DNA of 64,000 nt from Endomicrobiia bacterium. Its GTDB lineage: Bacteria > Elusimicrobiota > Endomicrobiia > DTEH01. The notes below the pieces were generated by a model. The model made no database searches. It had not been told where the DNA came from and saw only the letters and a list, made by a program, of their open reading frames with translations. The stretch spans positions 162,679 through 226,678 of the forward strand of contig JBCNUU010000003.1 of NCBI GenBank assembly GCA_039630545.1. Reading direction: 5' to 3'. The position numbers and the translations under genes are program-made. Positions 39,326-49,044 of the stretch are shown piece after piece (position 1 is the stretch's first letter; the number at the start of each line of letters is the position of its first letter).

Positions 39326-40018
39326 ATGAAAGGAGATATAATTTTAAAAAATATATCCAAAGTTTATCACAAAGGAAAAATTAAGATCTTTGCGTTAAAA
39401 AATATAAATTTAGAGATAAAAAAAGGAGAATTTGTTGTAATCATGGGTCCTTCAGGAAGTGGAAAGACAACACTTCTTAATATAATTGGATGTTTAGATA
39501 TACCCACAGAAGGAGAAGTTATTTTTAACGGGAAGGTTCTTAAAAGTTTTTCAGAAGATCAGCTTGCAGAGTATAGAAGACAAAATATAGGTTTTATTTT
39601 TCAGTCTTTTAATTTAATTCCTGTACTGACAGTAAAAGAAAATATTGAGTTGCCTCTTATATTGGAGAAAAATTTTTCATCACAGTACAAAGAAGAGCGT
39701 ATTAAGGAACTTATTGAGAAACTTGGATTAAGTGGAATGGAGAATAGATTTCCTTCAGAACTTTCTGGAGGACAGGAACAAAGAGTTGCTATAGCAAGGG
39801 CTTTAGTTAAAAAACCAATAGTGGTTTTAGCTGATGAACCTACAGCAAATTTAGATTCACAGACTGCTTTAGAAGTTATAAAAATAATGAAAGAGATGAA
39901 TGAAATAGAAAAAACTACTTTTATTTTTTCCACCCATGATCCTAAAATAGAAAAATTTGCAAAAAGAATAATAACTTTAAAAGATGGCATGATAGAGTCC
40001 GATATAATGGTAAGTTAA
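39326..40018 (+). CDS. ABC transporter ATP-binding protein (LolD/MacB-like)
   Basis: GPSGSGKT, LSGGQEQRVAIARAL, ADEPTANLD, STHD. Confidence 0.93.
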   Translation: MKGDIILKNISKVYHKGKIKIFALKNINLEIKKGEFVVIMGPSGSGKTTLLNIIGCLDIPTEGEVIFNGKVLKSFSEDQLAEYRRQNIGFIFQSFNLIPVLTVKENIELPLILEKNFSSQYKEERIKELIEKLGLSGMENRFPSELSGGQEQRVAIARALVKKPIVVLADEPTANLDSQTALEVIKIMKEMNEIEKTTFIFSTHDPKIEKFAKRIITLKDGMIESDIMVS

Positions 40019-40030
40019 AAATCTAAAAAT

Positions 40031-41308
40031 ATGCTTTTCAAAATATCGCTGAGAAACGTTTTCAGATATAAAAGAAGGACTTTCATTACCATATTATCAA
40101 TGGCAGTGGGTTTTATGTCTTTTGTGTTTTTTGATTCATTATTTTTAGGAATTGATAAAATGCTAGTTGAACAACTAATGAAACTACAAGATAGTTCAAT
40201 AGTTATATATTCAAAAGAATACGATGAGGATAAAAAATCATATCCATTAGACAGACCAATAAAAGATATAAATGAGATCTTAAAAATAAGTTCATCAATA
40301 AAAAATATTGAAGCACTAACTCCAAGAACTCAGTTTTTATGTGAAGTTATATATTTAGGGAAATCTAAACATATAATTGCTACTGTTATAGAACCAAAAA
40401 CAGATGTTCAAGTTTTTGACTTACATAAAAATTTAAAAGAAGGCAAGTTTTTAGATGATACTTCAGCATTGGAAATTTTAGTAGGCAGTGCTTTAGCTGA
40501 GGAGTTAAACATAAAAGTAAAAGATACAATAACACTTTCTGCTTATACTAAATACAAAATGCTAAATGCTTTAGACTTTGTCGTTTGTGGGATTTTAGAG
40601 ACATCGGTTCCTTTAATAAATGAATCAACAGTTGTAATAAATTTTAAATCAGCAGAAAAACTTCTTGACTTAGAAGGAGATGTTAATTCAATACACATAA
40701 AAGTTCCATGGAATAAAAGAGAAAGTATTTCAGGTTATTTTAATAAAGTTTCGAAAATAGCCAAGCAGTTTAAAGAAGGTTTGTCAGATGATTATAAAGT
40801 TTACACATTTAAAGATTTATACCAGGAATTTATGCTGCTTATGAAACAGAAAAGAATTTCTTCTTTTATAATCGTGTTTTTTATTTTACTTATTTCAGCA
40901 GTAGGAATTGTTAATACAATGCTTATGGCAGTATATGAAAGAGTGAAAGAAATAGGAATAATGATGGCTATGGGTTTTAAGCCAAAACAGGTAAGAAATT
41001 TATTTTTACTTGAAGGGTTAATAATTGGACTGTTTGGTAGTGCGTTAGGAGCATTTTTAGGATTGCTTTCTAATTTATGGCTTATATATAAAGGATGGAA
41101 TTTAGAGATAATGTATGGAGAAAAAATAACAGGCCTTAAAGCTTCTCAACTAGGTATGCCTGTGTGGGGTGTAATTTATGGAGAGTGGAATATATATGCG
41201 TTTGTATTTTGTTTTTGTTTTTGTATATTAATAGCAGTTATTTCAGCATATTTTCCGTCAAGGTTTGCTTCTAAGCTTACAGTTACAGATTGTTTAAAAT
41301 TTATATAA
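40031..41308 (+). CDS. ABC permease, LolC/E / FtsX-MacB family
   Basis: RNVFRYKRRT, periplasmic domain, NTMLMAVYERVKEIGIMMAMG. Confidence 0.9.
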   Translation: MLFKISLRNVFRYKRRTFITILSMAVGFMSFVFFDSLFLGIDKMLVEQLMKLQDSSIVIYSKEYDEDKKSYPLDRPIKDINEILKISSSIKNIEALTPRTQFLCEVIYLGKSKHIIATVIEPKTDVQVFDLHKNLKEGKFLDDTSALEILVGSALAEELNIKVKDTITLSAYTKYKMLNALDFVVCGILETSVPLINESTVVINFKSAEKLLDLEGDVNSIHIKVPWNKRESISGYFNKVSKIAKQFKEGLSDDYKVYTFKDLYQEFMLLMKQKRISSFIIVFFILLISAVGIVNTMLMAVYERVKEIGIMMAMGFKPKQVRNLFLLEGLIIGLFGSALGAFLGLLSNLWLIYKGWNLEIMYGEKITGLKASQLGMPVWGVIYGEWNIYAFVFCFCFCILIAVISAYFPSRFASKLTVTDCLKFI

Positions 41309-41310
41309 AA

Positions 41311-42582
41311 ATGAAAAAAATACTTCAAATGGCTTATAGAAATATAAAGCGTAACAAAAGAAGAACTCTTTTAGCTATTGTGTCTGTTGGGTTGTCTGTG
41401 ATGTTTATAGTAATCCTGCAGGGACTCGTGAATGGGATGATGGAAAATATTATAAAAAATTCTACAAAAAATGAAACAGGTCATATAAAAATTACCACAA
41501 TTGATTATTCTAAACAAAATTTTTCTTCTGTTAATCATATAATTTATGAACCAGATGAAGTAGTAAAGCATATTCTTAAAGATAACTATATTTCAAAACA
41601 TATAGAAATTATAACAGAAAGAATAAAATTTCCTGTGATGTTAAATAATAAAGGAAAAAATAAAACTGGGATTTGCATAGCAGGCGATATATATAAAGAA
41701 AAACAGCTTCTTATGTTAGATAAATGTATGATAGAAGGTGAATATCTAAAAGGTGAAACAATAATTAAGAATAGAAAAAAATATAGAGAAATTATTATTG
41801 GCGAAAAGTTAGCTAAAGCTTTAGATCTCAAAATAGGAGATAGCTTTTCGTTAATGATACATGGAGTTGATTTCGGGATTCATATACCTGGTTTTTATAT
41901 AAGAGGTATTTTTAAAACTAATCTTAATATTTTAGATGAAAATGTTTTTATGATAAACCTCCAGGATGCAAAATATATTTTAAATACTAATGGTGGAACA
42001 CATGAAATCCTGGTTATGCTTAAAAAACCTCAAGAGGCAAAAAAGATAGCAAGTTATATAAATAATTATCTTTTTCAAAAAAGTAACTACAAAAATCTTA
42101 TCGCTTTAGATTGGGAAACCACAAATGGTTGGGTAAAAATGATGAAACAGGCTTTAAGAATCTACAACCTCATATACATAGGGATAACTTTTCTTGGAGC
42201 GTTTATTATTACAAACATTATATTAATGATAGTTCTTGAGAGAAAAAAAGAAATAGGAATACTTAAATCTATGGGATTTAAAAAATGGCAGATTCTTTTG
42301 ATCTTTACATTAGAAGGAGTAATTTTAGGAGCTGTAGGAAGTATATCTGGAGCTTTGTGTGGTGTTCTTGTGAGCTGGCCTTTGTCTATTTATGGGATAG
42401 ATTTTTCTTCTTCAATGTCTAATATGAATTATCCAATGGATAATGTTATAAAATGGAGCATAGATTTCACAAATGTTTTATTTTCTGTTTTGTTAGGTGT
42501 AGGAGTTTCTTTAGTAGTATCAATTATTCCTTCTAGACACGCTGCTAGAATGCAACCAACAGAAGCCTTAAGAAGTATATAA
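41311..42582 (+). CDS. ABC permease, LolC/E / FtsX-MacB family (second paralogue)
   Basis: AYRNIKRNKRRT, VLERKKEIGILKSMG, PSRHAARMQPTEALR. Confidence 0.9.
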   Translation: MKKILQMAYRNIKRNKRRTLLAIVSVGLSVMFIVILQGLVNGMMENIIKNSTKNETGHIKITTIDYSKQNFSSVNHIIYEPDEVVKHILKDNYISKHIEIITERIKFPVMLNNKGKNKTGICIAGDIYKEKQLLMLDKCMIEGEYLKGETIIKNRKKYREIIIGEKLAKALDLKIGDSFSLMIHGVDFGIHIPGFYIRGIFKTNLNILDENVFMINLQDAKYILNTNGGTHEILVMLKKPQEAKKIASYINNYLFQKSNYKNLIALDWETTNGWVKMMKQALRIYNLIYIGITFLGAFIITNIILMIVLERKKEIGILKSMGFKKWQILLIFTLEGVILGAVGSISGALCGVLVSWPLSIYGIDFSSSMSNMNYPMDNVIKWSIDFTNVLFSVLLGVGVSLVVSIIPSRHAARMQPTEALRSI

Positions 42583-42588
42583 AAAAGT

Positions 42589-43344
42589 ATGAAAATTAAA
42601 TATTTTAAAATTTTCCACTATCACATGAAATTTTTTTTGTGGGTAGCATTTATACATTCTTTATTAGCTATAACTCCTGAAGAAATTTTGAAAAAAGTTG
42701 ATAAAAATTTAAATTTTTCTTCAGCAATAATGAACATAAAAATGGAGATTTATCTACCAGATAAATCTGTAAGGATAAAAAAATTTAAAACCTGGATTTC
42801 AGGTAACAATTCATATGTAGAGTTTTTGAATAAAGAAGATAAGCATGTAAGATATTTAAAAATTGGCAAAAGGATGTGGATTTACGATAAAGAAGAAGAA
42901 AATACTTTTTTAATTTCAGGACACTTATTGAAACAATCAATGATGGGAAGCGATATTTCTTATGAAGATATTTTAGAAACAGAACAAATCTATACTAACT
43001 ATGATGTCAAGCTCATAGGTGAAGAAAATTTAAGAGAAAGAAGTTGTTATGTTATTCTTTTAACAGCAAAGGTTAAAGAAGTAAATTATTTTAAGCGAAA
43101 AATGTGGATAGATAAAGAGCAGTTTTTTCCTCTAAAAGAAGAAATATATGCTAAAAATGATAAACTGTTAAAAACTTTTGAATATTTAGAGATTGAATTT
43201 TATAAAGATAAAGTATATCCAACTAAAAGTGTTGTATCTGACAAACTTAAAATTGGAACAAAAACTGTGGTAATAATAGAAGAAGCTATTTTTGATGTAG
43301 AAATATCAAGTTATTATTTTACTCGTCGGTATTTAGAAAGATAA
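42589..43344 (+). CDS. LolA-like outer-membrane lipoprotein-sorting family protein
   Basis: EEILKKVD, MWIY, QSMMGSDISYED, RKMWIDKE, FTRRYLER. Confidence 0.82.
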   Translation: MKIKYFKIFHYHMKFFLWVAFIHSLLAITPEEILKKVDKNLNFSSAIMNIKMEIYLPDKSVRIKKFKTWISGNNSYVEFLNKEDKHVRYLKIGKRMWIYDKEEENTFLISGHLLKQSMMGSDISYEDILETEQIYTNYDVKLIGEENLRERSCYVILLTAKVKEVNYFKRKMWIDKEQFFPLKEEIYAKNDKLLKTFEYLEIEFYKDKVYPTKSVVSDKLKIGTKTVVIIEEAIFDVEISSYYFTRRYLER

Positions 43345-44432
43345 TGTTCATTTTAAGACTTTTTTTTATTCTACTTTTTCCTTATTTAATTTTTTTGCAG
43401 GACAGAAACTTTGAAATTTCAGGACATTTTTTAAATTCATTTGGTTTTTTATATTTTGAAGATGTTGAAATTTCAAGCAATAACTTTTATTTAGGAAGGT
43501 CAGCCTTTAGAGTTAATTTTATAAAGAAAAAAGAGTTTTTAAAAATTGATGGAAGTATAGACTTTAACTTTCTTTATGGTTTTTATAAAAATTTCTTTCA
43601 ACATTTGAATAATACGTTAAAAATAACCGAAGACTCAATACTTGCAATAGATATTCGTAAGTTATATATTGTCCTTAAATATAGATTTTTAGATCTTTAT
43701 ATAGGAAGACAACTTTTAAAATTTGGTGAGGGTTATATTTTAAATCCTTTGAATTTATTTTCCGGGATTGATTTTTCAGAAAAGACCTTTACAAGAGTTG
43801 GTGTGGATGCTTTTAGGTCAAAACTACAGATTTCTAATATGGGATATCTTGAAGGTATTTTTGTTTCTAAAGTTAATGTAAAAAAGTCAGGTTATGTGTT
43901 AAAGTTTATCAGTTCTATTTTTGGCTGGGATATAAGTTTTATAGGTTGTTATAGAGAAGAATTAGATTGGCTGTCTTTTGGCTTTTCATATAAAGGAGAT
44001 ATTGTCGGAGGATTATATGGTGAGATGTTATACAACTATGCTGTTGAACCTACTAAAAGATTTTATAATTTTTTAGTTGGTTTTGATTATTCTTTTTATC
44101 AAAAAATTCTTCTAAGATTAGAGTATGCTTATAACTCTTTTGATATAAACAACTTTTCCCGAAATGAAATTTCGTTTTTACCTAATTTTCCATTTCTTTC
44201 AAAACACTACTTTATATCACAAGTTACTATTTTTTCTAACTTAATTGATAATATTACCTTTTTAATCCTGCATGAAATTACCAGTAAGAAGAATTTTATT
44301 ATTTTTTCTTATAAAAAAAGCATATTTTCAAATGTTGAATTATCTTCAACTTTAAGATATTCAAATAGAGATTTTTTTGGATTTGAATTTGATACAGTTT
44401 GTTTTTTAATTGATATTATTCTAAAATTTTAG
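43344..44432 (+). CDS. Predicted outer-membrane beta-barrel protein
   Basis: Signal peptide; LYIGRQ..FG....NP, GVDAFR motifs; amphipathic strands; terminal Phe. Confidence 0.6.
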   Translation: MFILRLFFILLFPYLIFLQDRNFEISGHFLNSFGFLYFEDVEISSNNFYLGRSAFRVNFIKKKEFLKIDGSIDFNFLYGFYKNFFQHLNNTLKITEDSILAIDIRKLYIVLKYRFLDLYIGRQLLKFGEGYILNPLNLFSGIDFSEKTFTRVGVDAFRSKLQISNMGYLEGIFVSKVNVKKSGYVLKFISSIFGWDISFIGCYREELDWLSFGFSYKGDIVGGLYGEMLYNYAVEPTKRFYNFLVGFDYSFYQKILLRLEYAYNSFDINNFSRNEISFLPNFPFLSKHYFISQVTIFSNLIDNITFLILHEITSKKNFIIFSYKKSIFSNVELSSTLRYSNRDFFGFEFDTVCFLIDIILKF

Positions 44433-44450
44433 AAAGGAGAAATCACATAT

Positions 44451-45737
44451 ATGCCAGATACACTTGTGATGATAATATTTATTATAACTTATGCTTTATT
44501 TGTAGTTTTTCCCTCTAAAAGGATATTTGTGTCAGTTGCTTCAGCTATTATAGTATTTTTTTTATGTTTATTTGGTTTTAAAAAGTCTCCAATTTATGGT
44601 ATTGACATAAATGTAATAAACATTTTTATTGGAACACTTTTAGTATCCAACATTATTGCAGAAAGTGGTGTTGCTGAATATATAGCAGAAAAAATTATTA
44701 TTAAAATAAAAAACACAAAATGGATTCTTCTTGTGCTTTGTGTAGTGACTGGTTTTTTATCAATGTTTTTAGAAAATGTTGCAACTTTAATAATTGTAGC
44801 TCCCGTTGCTTTGCAAATTTCAAAAAAACTAAATATACAACCAACAAAATTACTTTTTGCTTTAGCAGTTTCAAGTAACCTTCAAGGGACAGCCACTCTC
44901 ATAGGAGATCCTCCAAGTATTCTTTTAGCTTCAGCTACGGGTATGAATTTTTTGGATTTTTTCTTTTATAAAGGTAAGCCCTCTATATTTTTTGTTGTAG
45001 AACTAGGAGCAGTTAGTTCGTTTTTTGTGTTATATTTTATTTTTAAGAAACAAACAAACAATAGCATTAAAGTACAATTTACTGCAAAAGTAAAGTCCTG
45101 GATTCCGTTATATATTTTATTTATAAAAATAATAGCTTTAATAGTTGTTTCAGTCTTAACCTCAAATTATAAAACAGGAATATTTCTAAAACTTGCAGGT
45201 ATAATTTGTTTAGTATGTGGAGTTTTTGCATTATTTGTAAAAAGAACGATATTAAAAACAAGTGTAATTGAAGGAATAAAAAAACTTGACTGGGAAACAG
45301 TTTTATTTTTAAGCAGTGTTTTTATATTAGTAGAAAGTTTAGAAATTTCTGGATGGATTAACAGAATTTGTGATTTTTTAGTTAAAATCATTGGAAAAAA
45401 TAAGTTTATAATATATACACTTTTTGTTTTTTCTGCAGTAATTATTTCTGGGTTTGTAGATAATGTTCCATTTTTTATGACTATGATTCCCATAGGAAAA
45501 ACATTTTTTGATAAGGGTGAAATGCCACTGGAACTTATTCTTTTTGGACTTCTGATAGGGACAACTTTAGGTGGAAATATTACTCCTACAGGAGCTTCAG
45601 CTAATATAGTAGCATGGGGAATTCTTAAAAAAGAAGGCTATAAAGCAACCTTTTTAGATTTTTTAAAAATAGGTTTTCCTTTTACCATGGCTGCTGTTTT
45701 ACCTACATATCTTTTAGTGTGGCTTTTGTGGAGTTAA
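44451..45737 (+). CDS. ArsB/NhaD/SLC13 (CitMHS-like) ion transporter
   Basis: SMFLENVAT, SSNLQGTATLIGDPPS, SGFVDNVP, GGNITPTGASAN; many TMs. Confidence 0.85.
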   Translation: MPDTLVMIIFIITYALFVVFPSKRIFVSVASAIIVFFLCLFGFKKSPIYGIDINVINIFIGTLLVSNIIAESGVAEYIAEKIIIKIKNTKWILLVLCVVTGFLSMFLENVATLIIVAPVALQISKKLNIQPTKLLFALAVSSNLQGTATLIGDPPSILLASATGMNFLDFFFYKGKPSIFFVVELGAVSSFFVLYFIFKKQTNNSIKVQFTAKVKSWIPLYILFIKIIALIVVSVLTSNYKTGIFLKLAGIICLVCGVFALFVKRTILKTSVIEGIKKLDWETVLFLSSVFILVESLEISGWINRICDFLVKIIGKNKFIIYTLFVFSAVIISGFVDNVPFFMTMIPIGKTFFDKGEMPLELILFGLLIGTTLGGNITPTGASANIVAWGILKKEGYKATFLDFLKIGFPFTMAAVLPTYLLVWLLWS

Positions 45738-45852
45738 AATTTTGCTGAACTATTAATTTCTCTTTTTAAATTATAAATTATGTTAGCAGCAATGTCTTTT
45801 TTTAGAGGATTATTTGTAGATTTAAACATTCTGCTCATCTAGATAATCTTAA

Positions 45853-46160
45853 GAGAGGGTTTTGCTTATCGAAAAAATAGTTACAACAATAGTTTATGAA
45901 ATAAGAGATTGTCACATTTGTAAAGGACTTCATTGTTGTATTAATCTAAAATGTGTAATAAAAAGTAAACAACAACGAAAGACCTCAATGGTAATGTTTA
46001 TCTGAAAAAGACAAAGTAACAGAAAACCTATAGTTTTTATAATTTTGCATACACAGGAGATGTGCCTTTTTTAAATGTTGATTTGGTTAGATATATAAAT
46101 ATGATATACTTTTGCCAGTCTATAATAGAAAAGTAGATCTGTATTACCAGAAATAAAAAA
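45853..46160 (+). pseudogene. Decayed iron-sulfur flavoprotein/flavodoxin-family remnant
   Basis: Frame 45853-46005 reads YEIRDCHICKGLHCCINLKCVIK; another frame reads GFAYRKNSYN; no intact ORF. Confidence 0.35.
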
Positions 46161-46336
46161 ACCGCTGGAAAAAAATAATTATCAACTTAAATTTAAATAA
46201 CCCTAAGCAAAACTCAGGAGTGTTTACATCAATAACTTCATACAAACGTGCTTATTTGTTTAAGAAAAAGTGAAAAATTTAAAAAAAAGAAAAAGTTCCA
46301 GTTGAAGTTTACAGATATAATTAAAAATACAAGTAC

Positions 46337-46365
46337 TTGATATTAAGGTTTTCTTTTTATATTAT
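46337..46365 (+). promoter_or_regulatory. Candidate sigma70 promoter for the GYD gene
   Basis: TTGATA-N17-TATTAT followed by SD AGGAGGT. Confidence 0.45.
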
Positions 46366-46395
46366 TTCTCACACTTAAACAGGAGGTAAAACTAC

Positions 46396-46677
46396 ATGAA
46401 AAAATTTATAATGTTGGGAAAATACTCACTGGAGGCAATAAAAGGCATCTCTGCTTTAAGGACAAAAAAAGTAACCAGTATAATAGAAAACAACAAAGGA
46501 AAGCTGGAAGCTATGTATATGTTGTTGGGTGTGTATGATTTGATTTTTATAGTGGAGTTTCCTTCAGTGGAAAATGCAATTAAAAGTTCAGTCGAAATAA
46601 CAAAATTAACAGGAATTTCTTTTAATACCTTTCCTGCAGTTGAAGTAGAAGAGTTTGATAAATTAGTTGGCAAATAA
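46396..46677 (+). CDS. GYD domain protein
   Basis: GKLEAMYMLLGVYDLIFIVEFP..E, TFPAV.VEEFDKL. Confidence 0.88.
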   Translation: MKKFIMLGKYSLEAIKGISALRTKKVTSIIENNKGKLEAMYMLLGVYDLIFIVEFPSVENAIKSSVEITKLTGISFNTFPAVEVEEFDKLVGK

Positions 46678-46690
46678 TTTAATTTTATTA

Positions 46691-46719
46691 TTGAAGTTCT
46701 TAAAATTTTTTGTTAGAAT
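46691..46719 (+). promoter_or_regulatory. Promoter for tRNA-Met
   Basis: TTGAAG-N17-TAGAAT with extended -10 TG, 11 nt before the tRNA. Confidence 0.6.
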
Positions 46720-46730
46720 ACTTTAAAAAA

Positions 46731-46805
46731 GGCGGTGTAGCTCAGTTGGTTTAGAGCAGCGGAATCATAATCCGCGTGTCGGGGGTTCAAGTCCCTCCAC
46801 CGCCA
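46731..46805 (+). tRNA. tRNA-Met(CAT), elongator-like; CCA not encoded
   Basis: Acceptor GGCGGTG/CACCGCC plus discriminator A; D-arm GCTC/GAGC; anticodon stem GCGGA/TCCGC around CAT; T-loop GTTCAAG. Confidence 0.93.
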
Positions 46806-46823
46806 AAAATATAATTAAAAAAA

Positions 46824-47984
46824 CTATAAGTCTTGCCATTTCACAGCTAACAAACAATAAAACTTAGTTGCTGCTAAAACATCCTCTACTTTTATATACT
46901 CGTTGTCCTGATGAGCCAAAAAAGGACTACCTGGGCCAAAGCCTACCGTTGGGATGTTAAAATCTGCCATTGTTATAGAACCATTTGTGCAAAATTGCCA
47001 TAAAATAGGTTTTGGTGATTTTAAAAAGCACTCTTTATATGCAGTCATAGCTTTAGTTAAAAGTTTATCTTCTTCATTCAGTATCCAGGCTTTAAAGAAT
47101 CTATGTTGTGGTAAAAATTTGTAGTTTTTGTGTTTTATATTTTTTAATATAAAATTTTTTATAGTCGCTTCTGTTTCTCCTAAAACGCTTCTGTAGTCTA
47201 TATATAGTGAACACTCATATGGGATGCTGTTTAAAGAATTTGTTTTTGACTCTATAAATGTTATAGTATAAGTAGGTGTTCCAAGTTTTGAAGGTTTAAA
47301 ATTTTCGTTTTTAGTCTCAATTAAATTTCTTATTACAGGATATCCTAAATAAATTGCGTTTTTACCTAAATGAGGTAAAGATGAATGTGCAGATTTCCCT
47401 GAAAATATAAGTTTTATGCTCCATTTTCCCTTATGTCCATAAACTATCTTCAGATCAGAAGGTTCGCAGATTACAGAGTATTTTGGTTTTACATACTTTA
47501 CAACTTCTTCAATTCCTTTACCTGAAGAATTTTCTTCACTGGAAGATAGAGAAAAACAAATTGGTGGTGTTCTTAATTGGAATTTGTTTAAAAATAAAAA
47601 AGCAAAAACTAAAGAAGTCACAGATCCTTTATCGTCGCAACTTCCTCTTCCATATATTTTATTTTCAACTAATTTTCCACTGAAAGGAGGATACCTCCAG
47701 CTATTAGTTTCTTCAGCTGGCACAGTATCCAGATGTGCGTCATAAAATAATTCAACATTGTTAGATGTATTTGCATTGTAAAACATAAGTAGATTGTTTT
47801 TTAGTGTTATAATTTTTGAGTTTTTATGAATTTTATGGTGATATAAAAATTCTCTTATAAAATTTATTAATTTTGACTCATTTCCTGAGTAGCTTTTAAT
47901 TTGAACTGTTCGCGAAAGAAACTTTATGATTTCTTTTTTATTTTCTTTTAAAAATGTTTCAAGTTGTAATTTTAATTCTTTCAT
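46824..47984 (-). CDS. M20 family metallo-hydrolase (ArgE/DapE/YgeY-like)
   Basis: DAHLDTVP, IYGRGSCDDKG, SEE, CEPS, GKSAHSS.P..G.NA, GFGPG..AHQDNE. Confidence 0.9.
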   Translation of the reverse strand: MKELKLQLETFLKENKKEIIKFLSRTVQIKSYSGNESKLINFIREFLYHHKIHKNSKIITLKNNLLMFYNANTSNNVELFYDAHLDTVPAEETNSWRYPPFSGKLVENKIYGRGSCDDKGSVTSLVFAFLFLNKFQLRTPPICFSLSSSEENSSGKGIEEVVKYVKPKYSVICEPSDLKIVYGHKGKWSIKLIFSGKSAHSSLPHLGKNAIYLGYPVIRNLIETKNENFKPSKLGTPTYTITFIESKTNSLNSIPYECSLYIDYRSVLGETEATIKNFILKNIKHKNYKFLPQHRFFKAWILNEEDKLLTKAMTAYKECFLKSPKPILWQFCTNGSITMADFNIPTVGFGPGSPFLAHQDNEYIKVEDVLAATKFYCLLAVKWQDL

Positions 47985-48061
47985 AAATAAAAGTTTATAA
48001 AAATTTTAATCTTGTTTCAAATATTGAATTTTAAAGAGAAAAAAGATATTTCTTAAAAATT

Positions 48062-48577
48062 ATGATAAGTTTTACTGAGATAATTTCTGATCCTCTAATT
48101 ACAATAGCTATAATTATAGCTTCTGTTTCAACTTTTTTAGTGGTTATTCTCGGATACTATTACAAGAAAATCAAAGAACAACAAATAATTTACGAAGTCA
48201 CTAAAAAGCATCCTATACAGAAAGAAAAACAACAAAAACTCCAGGAAGAGACATCAAAAACCATAATTTCTCATCAAGAATATGAGTTAATAATATCTCA
48301 GTTAAATGAATTGTCTTCACAAATAAATAATTTGACCGGACATATTAAAGAACTCTCAGCAGTTTTTTCTTTTTTAAAAGATAATGAAATTTCTTCATCT
48401 GAAGAATTTTCTCTGACACCAGATGTCATTTCAAAATTAGTTAGTGTTTTAGAAAAGATTCAAACTGATATGAATAATTTAAAAACCAAAACAGAAAACT
48501 CAATATCCTCAATAGAGGAAATTAAAGTTAAACTTGATAATTTATTGAAACTTTTATCAACAATTTTACAGCAATGA
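48062..48577 (+). CDS. Membrane-anchored coiled-coil hypothetical protein
   Basis: N-terminal TM followed by KK; heptad helices; ATGA overlap with next gene. Confidence 0.6.
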   Translation: MISFTEIISDPLITIAIIIASVSTFLVVILGYYYKKIKEQQIIYEVTKKHPIQKEKQQKLQEETSKTIISHQEYELIISQLNELSSQINNLTGHIKELSAVFSFLKDNEISSSEEFSLTPDVISKLVSVLEKIQTDMNNLKTKTENSISSIEEIKVKLDNLLKLLSTILQQ

Positions 48578-49044
48578 AATTAGGTTTATTAAAAACACTT
48601 ATAATTTTGAATATACTGATCATTGTAGTTTCGCTAGCCGTAATATATTTCAGATATTCAGAACTTTCTAACAAACCTGAAATTTTGATTAAGGAAAACA
48701 AACAATCTTTTCAACAGGGCTTAAATGTTAAAGAAACAGAAAAATCCACCCCGACAGTTACTGAACAGCTTTTATTTACAAGCCAAAAAAAATTAAGAAA
48801 ACCAAAATTTGTATATTTTTCTTCTAAGGCCAAAAAAGTTGCTTTAATTGGGGATTTTAACAACTGGGTTCCTGTTACTATGAACAAAGTTTCATCTTCT
48901 AAATGGGAGTTAACTGTGGAAATTCCTGAAGGTAGATATCTTTATAATTTTTTAGTAGATGGAAAAATAATGCTTGATCCAAATAACAAACAAACAGAAC
49001 TTTCAAAAGAAGGTTTTAAAAGTTCGGTTTTAGAACTAAAATGA
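48574..49044 (+). CDS. Membrane-anchored CBM48/AMPK-beta-type glycogen-binding domain protein
   Basis: N-terminal TM; AKKVALIGDFNNW, WELTVEIPEGRYLYNFLVDG..LDPNN. Confidence 0.85.
   Translation: MKLGLLKTLIILNILIIVVSLAVIYFRYSELSNKPEILIKENKQSFQQGLNVKETEKSTPTVTEQLLFTSQKKLRKPKFVYFSSKAKKVALIGDFNNWVPVTMNKVSSSKWELTVEIPEGRYLYNFLVDGKIMLDPNNKQTELSKEGFKSSVLELK

Noticed and set aside
46731..46805. Initiator tRNA-fMet or tRNA-Ile2 identity
   Set aside because: G1-C72 is paired and the GGG/CCC anticodon-stem run is absent, so not initiator; it resembles elongator Met, although Ile2 cannot be fully excluded by eye
46731..46830. tRNA-Met as an integration site for a genomic island
   Set aside because: No integrase and no duplicated tRNA 3' end seen in the window
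46824..47984. Selenium-metabolism locus based on YgeY-like similarity
   Set aside because: No sel/yqe/ssnA/xdh neighbours or in-frame TGA; only a generic M20 call is supportable
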